Source: Solirubrobacterales bacterium
Lineage (GTDB): Bacteria; Actinomycetota; Thermoleophilia; Solirubrobacterales; 70-9
DNA length: 32,134 nucleotides
Direction: 5' to 3'
NCBI GenBank assembly: GCA_036513995.1
Contig: DATBXZ010000139.1
Coordinates: 1 to 32,134, forward strand
The translations under genes and the position numbers were made by a program. Positions 14,187 to 21,367 of the stretch are shown in pieces. Within the stretch, counting starts at the first letter, position 1. Each line of letters starts with the position of its first letter. Under the pieces are notes generated by a model. The model saw only the letters and a list, made by a program, of their open reading frames with translations, ran no database searches and was not told the DNA's origin.

Positions 14187-14969
14187 ATGAGCTCCTCGAA
14201 CCGCCTCGTAGTCTCCATTCTCATTCTTGCCGCGCTTGCACTGGGATTCTGGATCCTGCTGCTGAGCCCAAAGCGACAAGAAGCAAGTGACCTATCCGCG
14301 GAAGTCGAACAGCTTCAGAGTTCGCTTGTCCAAGCTCAAAGCCAGGCGAGCCAGGCGTTGACGGCAAAACGCGAATTCCCGCAGGACTACCGCCATCTCG
14401 TCGTGCTCGGTCAGGCAGTCCCAGGCGATGAGGAAACCTCCTCTCTCCTGGTTGAACTGAACCATGTAGCCAAGGCCTCCCACGTAGAGTTCACGAGCAT
14501 TCAGCTCTCCAGTGAAGGTGGCAGCGAAGAAGCTGCCGCGACGGCGACCGCTCCCCAGGTGGGGGCGACGGCCGCCGCCGAACCAGGAGCGACCCTGCCC
14601 GCCACTGAGGCAACCGCGGCGCTGCTGCCACTCGGCGCGACGATCGGCCCGGCTGGCCTGGGGGTCATGCCTTACACCCTCAGCTTCAAAGGCAGCTTCT
14701 TCCATATTGCCGACTTCATTCACGGCATCGACTCCCTGCTGAGGACTTCGAAGTCGAAGCTGGCCGTGGACGGCCGCCTGATCACCCTAGACAGCTTCAG
14801 TCTGACCGAAGCCGGGGAATCCAACTCAGAGCTCAAGGCCGAATTCTCGGTCACCACGTACCTGGTGCCTCCCAGCCAGGGGATTACCGCAGGCGCCTCA
14901 CCGACCGAACCGGCGCTGACCACCGCCACCCCGAGCTCCTATGCAAGCACAGGAGAAGAAGCAGAATGA
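14187..14969 (+). CDS. pilO: PilO-like type IV pilus assembly protein
   Basis: Position directly after pilN (2-nt gap). Has an N-terminal TM segment (LVVSILILAALALGFWILLL) plus coiled coil (DLSAEVEQLQSSLVQAQSQ). GGAAGGTGGA lies upstream of ATG 14187. Confidence 0.65.
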   Translation: MSSSNRLVVSILILAALALGFWILLLSPKRQEASDLSAEVEQLQSSLVQAQSQASQALTAKREFPQDYRHLVVLGQAVPGDEETSSLLVELNHVAKASHVEFTSIQLSSEGGSEEAAATATAPQVGATAAAEPGATLPATEATAALLPLGATIGPAGLGVMPYTLSFKGSFFHIADFIHGIDSLLRTSKSKLAVDGRLITLDSFSLTEAGESNSELKAEFSVTTYLVPPSQGITAGASPTEPALTTATPSSYASTGEEAE

Positions 14970-15850
14970 ACCGCTTCAAGAAAGGGCCCGAGCTCAAACT
15001 TCCCGAGCTGAAGGTGCCTGCCTTCCTCTCCGATCTCTACTACGACTTGCTGGATCGGCGCCTGCTACCGCTGGTCGCTCTGCTCCTGGTCGCGATCGTC
15101 GCTGCGCCCTTCTTGCTGAAGGGCACCTCCGACTCCGAAGTCGAACCCCCCGCGAGCGCCGACGCGAGCGCCAGCGCCGCGGGCCCGACCAGCTCTCTCG
15201 TCGTCTCCAAGGCAGAGCCCGGTCTGCGCGATTACCGGCACCGCCTCGCCCACCTGTCCCCGACCAATCCGTTCCGCGGCCAGCCGGGGAATAAAGGTCC
15301 GGAAGGAAGCGGAACGAGCGAAGAAGGAAGCTCGTCCGAAGGGGAAGGCACGACCACCCCCACCGAAGAAGCCCCGACGGAAGGCTCGAGCGGAGGGGAA
15401 TCGGCACCGACCGAAACTACCGTTCATCACTCGGTCACCTACTTCACCTACGCGATCGACGTCCGCGTGACCCCGATCACCGACGCCGGTGGCAAGCGCA
15501 GCAAGCAGCAGCCCACGGTGCGTAGCGACCTACCACCGCTGACCATGTTGCCCGGACGGGAAACGCCAGCCTTCACCTATATGGGCCCAACCAAGGACAC
15601 CAAGAAGGCGGTGATGCTGGTCTCCGACCGCGTCACCGGGCTATTCGGCGACGCGACCTGCATCGTCGGCACCGAAACCTGCCAGCTGCTGGCGCTAGAA
15701 CCGGGCGTGCCGGAGACCGTCGCTTGGGCAAACAGCGGCCGCAGCTTCAAGATCGAACTGATGAAGATCTACGTGCAGAAGACCGATCAGCTCAATCGGG
15801 CGCCGCTCGGCAAGCCCAAGCAGAGCAAGCAACCCAGCAACGCCGGCTAG
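14966..15850 (+). CDS. hypothetical single-pass membrane protein, last gene of the pilMNO arm (294 aa)
   Basis: ATGA overlap with the pilO stop, and AGGAG 10 nt upstream. One TM segment (LLPLVALLLVAIVAAPFLL), a Ser/Glu/Thr-rich linker, and a C-terminal domain of about 140 aa predicted to be beta-rich. No family recognised. Confidence 0.7.
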   Translation: MNRFKKGPELKLPELKVPAFLSDLYYDLLDRRLLPLVALLLVAIVAAPFLLKGTSDSEVEPPASADASASAAGPTSSLVVSKAEPGLRDYRHRLAHLSPTNPFRGQPGNKGPEGSGTSEEGSSSEGEGTTTPTEEAPTEGSSGGESAPTETTVHHSVTYFTYAIDVRVTPITDAGGKRSKQQPTVRSDLPPLTMLPGRETPAFTYMGPTKDTKKAVMLVSDRVTGLFGDATCIVGTETCQLLALEPGVPETVAWANSGRSFKIELMKIYVQKTDQLNRAPLGKPKQSKQPSNAG

Positions 15851-16605
15851 TTCAGCCCCAGATACAGATCCAACAGCGCGTTGCCGGCAAGCATGCCGAA
15901 AACGCCTCCAAGCGCGAGGAAGGGCCCGAAGGGGATCGCCATCTTGCGACCCTCAGCTCCGTAGCGGGCAATCACGGCCAGCCCCACGGCGCTGCCCAGC
16001 AGCAATGCCGCGAGTAGTGCTGGAGCGACGGCTCGGCCGAGGAAGAGCCCCATCGTCGCCACCAGCTTGACGTCGCCGAGGCCCATCCCGCGGGGATAGA
16101 TCAGGGCGACCACAAATAGGAGACCGCCGGCCGCCGCCGCCGCAACCAGACGCTCAGGAACACCGCCGGGGTCGGTGGGAATCGCAATCGCCAGACAGAG
16201 GACCGCCGCCACCGCGAGAATCTTGTTTGGGATGACCCGAAGCTCGAGGTCGGTCAGGGTGATCGCGACCAGCATCGTCGAGAAGACCATGTCGATCGCG
16301 ATCTCGCCGCCGTCGCCGCGGAAGACGGTGGCGACCGTGGCGAACAGGATCCCGGTCGCCAGCTCAGCAAGCGGGTAGCGAGGAGAGATCTCCGCACCAC
16401 AGCAACGGGCCTGTCCACGCAGGAGCAGCCAGGAAAACAACGGTACGTTGTCCCGGGCCTGGATCTGAGTGCCACAGTGGGGACACTGGGAGCGCGGGCC
16501 GGCAATCGACATTCCCCGGGGAACCCGGTGGGCGACCGCGGTCGCGAAGCTTCCGGCGAGAAGGCCGCCGAAGAACGCGAATACGGCGACGGCAGCGGCG
16601 GGCAT
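15847..16605 (-). CDS. pilD: prepilin peptidase (A24 family) PilD
   Basis: CPHCGTQIQARDNVPLFSWLLLRGQARCCGAEISPRYPLAEL zinc-finger-like N-terminal region, multiple TM segments, and GMGLGDVKL and IPFGPFLALG Asp-containing motifs. Confidence 0.9.
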   Translation of the reverse strand: MPAAAVAVFAFFGGLLAGSFATAVAHRVPRGMSIAGPRSQCPHCGTQIQARDNVPLFSWLLLRGQARCCGAEISPRYPLAELATGILFATVATVFRGDGGEIAIDMVFSTMLVAITLTDLELRVIPNKILAVAAVLCLAIAIPTDPGGVPERLVAAAAAGGLLFVVALIYPRGMGLGDVKLVATMGLFLGRAVAPALLAALLLGSAVGLAVIARYGAEGRKMAIPFGPFLALGGVFGMLAGNALLDLYLGLN

Positions 16606-16660
16606 CGAGCGAGGGTTTTATCCGACCCGCCGGTCGAGTCTCTGTGACGTGGCTTTCGCG

Positions 16661-18040
16661 CTAGCGGAGAACCTGGAAACTGCGCTTTGCCGCCCGCTTC
16701 TCGAAGTTGCCGGCCGCATCGACGGCCTTGACCCTGAGGACGTGGCGATGGTAGCCAAGCCGGGAAAGCCGAAGAGGCGCCTGACATGGCCGCCAGACGC
16801 CGTGATCAAGCTTGCAGAGGAACGAGGTGCTGAGGTCTTCGACGGCGTCGGCAAAGCGGAAGACGACGGTCGGTTTGTGCGTCTTCAGCGCCGGTCCGGC
16901 GGTAATCCGGGTGACGGGGGCGGTCGAGTCCTCGACGTAGACAGTCGGGTCGGGGGTGCAGGGCGACTGGTCACCGCCGCCGTCGATAGAGACTCCGTAG
17001 AAGCTGACGCTGGTGTTCTCGACTACATGAACCGGCAGCCCAGCTTCAAATTCGGAGGCCGAGCCCTGTGCGAGCACCGGGCCCTTGCAGCCATCCTCGC
17101 CGAAGATCTTCACGATCGTGGCATTGGGTGCCTTACCGGTAACCAGCGGGGTCTCTTGGTTCGAAGTGCCTTCGGGCGTAGTCCGGAGCTTCGGTGCCGG
17201 TGGCCGCCCAGGGGGGTCTGGAGTCATGACGGGTGGGCGCTCCGGGGCCGTGGCGGGAGGACTCGCCTCACCCCCACCGCCGCCACCTTCAGGCTCGCTG
17301 GGAAGCGTGACCTCCCGGTAGCTGACCGAGGTCGACGAGCAACTCGAGTGGAAGCCCGCCCAGGAGGCTGTAGCGTAGAGGGTGGTCGTTGAGTTGTCGG
17401 GCACGACAGCTTGTACCCCTTCCGCCGAGAAGCTTTCCCCGCTGCCACTGCCGAGGACCACGCCGGTACAGGCCGGATCGCCATAGATATCGACGGTTGC
17501 TTCGCCCTCGGCCTGGCCAAGCACGAAGGGCAGGTTGTCATCGGCGGGAGAGCTCGGGGTGACGCCCTCGACTATCGGCGCAGCCGGGGCTTCGCTGACC
17601 TGGCGATAGACGATTGGTCTCGAGCAGGTAGAGGTGGTTTCGGCCTCGGAAGGATCGGTAAGCGTGGCGTAAAAGCTGGTGGTTGAGCCGGGAGCGACAG
17701 CAACCTGGATTCCGAGCCCTTCGAATTCGCTGAGTGGGCCGCTTCCGGCGACTTTCACGCAGGCAGAGTCGGTGTAGAGCGTCACCGTTGGGGTCGGGTC
17801 CAGGCTCGCTTTCATGGCCGAGGTCCTGAGACCGATGACCGAAGTGCCAACGCCTCCCTCTCGACCGATGATCCGCGGTGTGGTCGAGAATCCCGGCGAT
17901 TTGGGGTTGGTGTGAGAAAGCAACGGCGCGGAGGGGGCTTCGGCCTCCGCGACCGGCACCCAGATCACACAACCGCCGAGAAGACTTACCGCAATCAACG
18001 CCAGCGCCGATCGCAGATGGGAAATGGGTGCTTTGACCAT
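16661..18040 (-). CDS. exported protein with three Ig-like repeats and a related C-terminal domain
   Basis: Start at ATG 18040 with GAGGTGA 6-7 nt upstream. Signal/anchor sequence MVKAPISHLRSALALIAVSLLGGCVIWVPVAEAEA. Three repeats of about 80-90 aa share the pattern (V/I)x(L/I)(Y/F)xDxxCxG...F...(V)xVxxxSTTxxYATxxD...CS...VxYxxV. A Pro-rich linker reads GGGGGGEASPPATAPERPPVMTPDPPGRPPAP. Confidence 0.75.
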   Translation of the reverse strand: MVKAPISHLRSALALIAVSLLGGCVIWVPVAEAEAPSAPLLSHTNPKSPGFSTTPRIIGREGGVGTSVIGLRTSAMKASLDPTPTVTLYTDSACVKVAGSGPLSEFEGLGIQVAVAPGSTTSFYATLTDPSEAETTSTCSRPIVYRQVSEAPAAPIVEGVTPSSPADDNLPFVLGQAEGEATVDIYGDPACTGVVLGSGSGESFSAEGVQAVVPDNSTTTLYATASWAGFHSSCSSTSVSYREVTLPSEPEGGGGGGEASPPATAPERPPVMTPDPPGRPPAPKLRTTPEGTSNQETPLVTGKAPNATIVKIFGEDGCKGPVLAQGSASEFEAGLPVHVVENTSVSFYGVSIDGGGDQSPCTPDPTVYVEDSTAPVTRITAGPALKTHKPTVVFRFADAVEDLSTSFLCKLDHGVWRPCQAPLRLSRLGYHRHVLRVKAVDAAGNFEKRAAKRSFQVLR

Positions 18041-18102
18041 GTCTGTCACCTCGACCAAATGTCGACGACCCTGAGCGTTGGTACACGTTCTGGACGAAAG
18101 CA

Positions 18103-18132
18103 CGAGGGGCGGGCCTCTCGACCCGCCCCTCG
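18103..18132 (-). terminator. probable intrinsic terminator or attenuator after pilA
   Basis: Perfect 11-bp stem cgaggggcggg / cccgcccctcg with an 8-nt loop, 49 nt downstream of the pilA stop. On the transcribed strand it is followed by UGCUUUCGU. Confidence 0.6.
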
Positions 18133-18180
18133 GCGACTACATACTCAGGCTGCTTCGGCCCGAGCAAAGCAACTAGAGGA

Positions 18181-18669
18181 TCAGCTCCCCCAATTGCCAC
18201 CAGCCGGACAACCCCCGCCACCGGTGGTGGGAGTACACGTGAACGACAGGGTTCCAGAGGTATTGGTGATCGAGAACGTATGTGCTGGCGTTCCCGATCC
18301 GGAGACCGTGAGCTTGTAGCCGGTTGCACCGCCTTTGGTACCGGCACCAGCCTGATCCTGAACGGTAAGGCCAGTAGCGCTGTTAAGCGTCGGCTCGATG
18401 AGTTTCAGCGCAGCGGCGTCGCAATTGACATATTCGCCTTTGGCGTTTTCCGTGCCGCACGTCTCCATCGCTACCTGAGCTGAATGAGCGTACTCCTTGG
18501 CCTTAGCGTCGCCGGCCTTTTCCTTCTGGTTGAAGAACGCCGGCAGCGCGATCGCGGCCAGGATTCCGAGGATGAGCATGACGACGAGAAGCTCGATCAG
18601 CGTAAAGCCGGCCTCGCTGTCGCCGTTGAGCCGGGCTCCAATCTTTGCCCGGATATTCTGGAGCAACAT
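18181..18669 (-). CDS. pilA: major type IV pilin
   Basis: MLLQNIRAKIGARLNGDSEAG|FTLIELLVVMLILGILAAIALPAF. The C-terminal Cys pair is FTCTPTTGGGGCP. AGGAGG lies 5 nt upstream of the ATG. Confidence 0.92.
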   Translation of the reverse strand: MLLQNIRAKIGARLNGDSEAGFTLIELLVVMLILGILAAIALPAFFNQKEKAGDAKAKEYAHSAQVAMETCGTENAKGEYVNCDAAALKLIEPTLNSATGLTVQDQAGAGTKGGATGYKLTVSGSGTPAHTFSITNTSGTLSFTCTPTTGGGGCPAGGNWGS

Positions 18670-18674
18670 AGGTA

Positions 18675-18680
18675 CCTCCT
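18675..18680 (-). promoter_or_regulatory. Shine-Dalgarno AGGAGG of pilA
   Basis: Minus strand reads ctAGGAGGtacctATG. Confidence 0.8.
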
Positions 18681-18940
18681 AGTGGACCTATCGTTTGCGC
18701 CATTGCCCGGGCTTTGGGGTCCGAGACACTGGCAATTACCCCCTCCTCATCGACCCCTAGCGCCCCACCTTTAGCCTCTGCACGGACAAATTCGGGAAGT
18801 ACTAATTTTTGCTTCTGAGCAGCGAAAAGTGCGGTTCGGGGCAGCTAAAAATATTGAGGCAGAAGCACCGTCCTCAGAATTGTTGACCGCCCAGACGTAC
18901 GAACGTCTAGACAGTCGAGAACATCACGTCGACGCTCGGG
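18681..18940 (-). promoter_or_regulatory. pilA upstream region (AT-enriched; probable promoter plus long leader)
   Basis: The full non-coding gap (18670..18940) is 271 nt and is the largest in the pilus locus. It contains A/T-rich tracts (aaaaatatt, actaattttt), 8-bp inverted arms tgcttctg (18811-18818) / cagaagca (18860-18867), and the hairpin agacgt-acga-acgtct (18893-18908) just after the pilC stop. Confidence 0.45.
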
Positions 18941-20182
18941 TCAGCGGATGTGTTCGTAGATCGAGAACATCGGCAGGTACATCGCGATCACGATGAACCC
19001 GACCATGCCGCCGACGAAGACGATCATCAACGGCTCGATCAGCGCCGTCAGCGCCTTGACCTTGGCGTCAACCTCGGCCTCGTAGAAGTCGGCGATCTTG
19101 GCGAGCATATGTTCCAGCTGTCCCGTTTCCTCGCCGACCGCGACCATGTGGCCGACCATCGGCGGGAAGATCGCGTTGGACTCGATCGGACCGGCAAGCG
19201 AGCCGCCCCGCTTGACCGACGCGTAGACGTCCTCCATCGCCTTCTCGACGACGACGTTGCCGGAGGTTTCCCCGGTCAGTTTGATCGCCTGCAGCATCGG
19301 CACGCCGGCGGCGACGGCCCCGGAGAAGGTACGCGACCAGCGGGCCAAGGCCACTTTCTGGATCACGTCGCCGATTTTGGCCGGAATCCGCAGCTTGAAG
19401 CGGTCCCAGAGGTCATGCCCGCGATCGGTCTTCTTCCACTTGACGAAGAAGAAGACCAGGGCCGCCAAACCGGGGATCAGAACGAACCAGTAGCCGGTGA
19501 GCACGTTGGAGGCTGTGACGCAGATCTGTGTGGGAAACGGAAGGCCGGCAGCTTCCTCGGGATGTTCCGCCGCCAATTCTTCGAAGATTTTCACGAAGAC
19601 CGGGATCACGAAGGCGACAATCCCGATCAGGACCACGACAGCGACGCCGAAGACGAGCGCCGGGTACATCAGCGCCGATTTGACCTGCCGACGCAGGGCG
19701 TCGGATTTCTCCACCTGGAAGGCGATCCGGTCGAGTGAGTCCTCGAGTCGGCCGGTGTGCTCTCCCGAGCGAACCATGGCGCGGAAGAGACGGTCGAAGA
19801 CCTTCGGGTAGCGCTCCATCCCCTGCTCCAGGCTGCTCCCCGCCTCGACATCCGAGCGGACCCCGCCAACCGCGTCTTTGAGCATCTCGTCCTGGGTCTG
19901 CGTTTCCAGCGTCTGCAGGGTGCGCAGCATCGGCATCCCGGATGCGACCAGGGTTGCGAACTGACGTGAGAACACCGCCAGCTCGCGCATGTCGACTCCC
20001 TGCCAGCGTTTGAAGATGTCCTCGATCGCGAACGGGGACTTTTTCTCGGAGACGTCGAGGACGATCAGGCCGCGCTGGCGTAGCTGCTCGGAAACTTGGG
20101 CCTTGGAGTCCGCCTCGACTTCTCCCGCGGACGGCACGCCGGCCACGTCCATGGCTTTGAAGGCAAAGGTCGCGGCAGCCAT
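18941..20182 (-). CDS. pilC: type IV pilus platform protein PilC (GspF family)
   Basis: 413 aa. Two GspF-like repeats (FSRQFATLVASGMPMLRTLQ; WSRTFSGAVAAGVPMLQAIK) and three TM segments. Confidence 0.92.
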   Translation of the reverse strand: MAAATFAFKAMDVAGVPSAGEVEADSKAQVSEQLRQRGLIVLDVSEKKSPFAIEDIFKRWQGVDMRELAVFSRQFATLVASGMPMLRTLQTLETQTQDEMLKDAVGGVRSDVEAGSSLEQGMERYPKVFDRLFRAMVRSGEHTGRLEDSLDRIAFQVEKSDALRRQVKSALMYPALVFGVAVVVLIGIVAFVIPVFVKIFEELAAEHPEEAAGLPFPTQICVTASNVLTGYWFVLIPGLAALVFFFVKWKKTDRGHDLWDRFKLRIPAKIGDVIQKVALARWSRTFSGAVAAGVPMLQAIKLTGETSGNVVVEKAMEDVYASVKRGGSLAGPIESNAIFPPMVGHMVAVGEETGQLEHMLAKIADFYEAEVDAKVKALTALIEPLMIVFVGGMVGFIVIAMYLPMFSIYEHIR

Positions 20183-20185
20183 GAC

Positions 20186-21367
20186 TCAGGTACCGGGGAC
20201 GTTGTAGACGGGAGGCGGGGTGCTCTCGCCGCCGTTGTAAGAGGGAGGCGCAGAGCCGGCTTCGGCAAAGGAGCCCGCCTGGGGGTCGCCGGGACCGGAG
20301 CCGAGCAGTCGCTTCAGCTCCTCCGGAACCGAGGCCCTCTGCTCGGCGACGGCGCGGGTGATCTGCCCGGAGCGGGCCAGGCGGACGAGGTCGGCATCCA
20401 TCGTCTGCATGCCCACCGCTCCCGAGGTCTGCACCGCCGCATAGATCTGATGCGTCTTGCCCTCGCGGATCAGGTTGCGGATCGCCGGCGTCGGGATCAG
20501 AACCTCGCAGGCAACGACCCGGCCCACGCCGTCGGCGGTCGGCACCAGCTGCTGGGTGACAATGCCCTGCAGGGCAATCGAGAGCTGGGTCCTGACCTGG
20601 GCCTGCTGCTCGGCCGGGAAGACGTCGATGATGCGGTCGACCGTCTGCGCGGTCGACTGGGTGTGCAGGGTGGCGAAGACGAGGTGGCCGGTCTCGGCCG
20701 CGGTCAGCGCGGTCGCGATCGTCTCCTTGTCGCGCATCTCGCCGACCAGGATCACGTCGGGGTCCTCTCGCAGGGCGGCGCGCAAACCGAGCGCGAAGTC
20801 CTCAGCGTCGGAGCCGATCTCACGCTGGTTGACGATCGAGCCTTTGTGCTGGTGCAGGAACTCGATCGGGTCCTCGATCGTGAGGATGTGGTCGTTCTTC
20901 TCGCTGTTGATCACGTCGATCATCGCCGCCAGGGTCGTGCTCTTGCCGGAGCCGGTCGGGCCGGTGACGAGGACGAAGCCACGCGGTTTCTGGGTCAGCT
21001 CGCGCAGCACCTGGGGCACCTTCAGCGAGTCGAGATGGGGAATCTGCTGAGGCACCAGGCGGAAAGCGGCACTGACCGAGCCGCGCTGCAGGAAGCAGTT
21101 GACGCGGAAGCGGGCAACGCCGGGGATCGCGTAGGCGAAGTCGAGCTGTTTGTGGTTCTCGAACCGTTTGCGCTGGTCGTCGTTGAGGATGCCGTAGACA
21201 GTGTCGCGCGTCATCTGCCCGGTCAGCACCGGGAACCCCTCCATCGGGGTGATCCGCCCCTTGTCCCTCATCGCGGGCGGGAACCCGGCGGTCAGGTGGA
21301 CGTCGGAGGCATTCAGTTCGACCATGCGACCGAGGACGCCGGCGAAATCGAAGTCAAGCGGTGACAC
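20186..21367 (-). CDS. pilT: twitching-motility retraction ATPase PilT with a C-terminal tail of about 45 aa
   Basis: Walker A VTGPTGSGKSTTLAAM, ILTIEDPIEF, DVILVGEMRD, ETGHLVFATLHT, and the PilT-specific PAIRNLIREGK motif. GTG start at 21367 overlaps the pilB end by 14 nt. Confidence 0.92.
   Translation of the reverse strand: MSPLDFDFAGVLGRMVELNASDVHLTAGFPPAMRDKGRITPMEGFPVLTGQMTRDTVYGILNDDQRKRFENHKQLDFAYAIPGVARFRVNCFLQRGSVSAAFRLVPQQIPHLDSLKVPQVLRELTQKPRGFVLVTGPTGSGKSTTLAAMIDVINSEKNDHILTIEDPIEFLHQHKGSIVNQREIGSDAEDFALGLRAALREDPDVILVGEMRDKETIATALTAAETGHLVFATLHTQSTAQTVDRIIDVFPAEQQAQVRTQLSIALQGIVTQQLVPTADGVGRVVACEVLIPTPAIRNLIREGKTHQIYAAVQTSGAVGMQTMDADLVRLARSGQITRAVAEQRASVPEELKRLLGSGPGDPQAGSFAEAGSAPPSYNGGESTPPPVYNVPGT

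Noticed and set aside
16606-16660. Small hairpin CGACC-GGCG-GGTCG between the Ig-repeat gene and pilD.
   Set aside because: The stem is only 5 bp with no U-tract, too weak to call a terminator.
18670-18940. Possible sigma-54 promoter or c-di-GMP riboswitch upstream of pilA.
   Set aside because: The only TGGCA-like element (18730-18734) is on the wrong strand and has no properly spaced TTGC. GCAAAC- and CCAAAGCC-like words occur, but in the wrong order and context for GEMM-I. This cannot be supported without a covariance-model scan.
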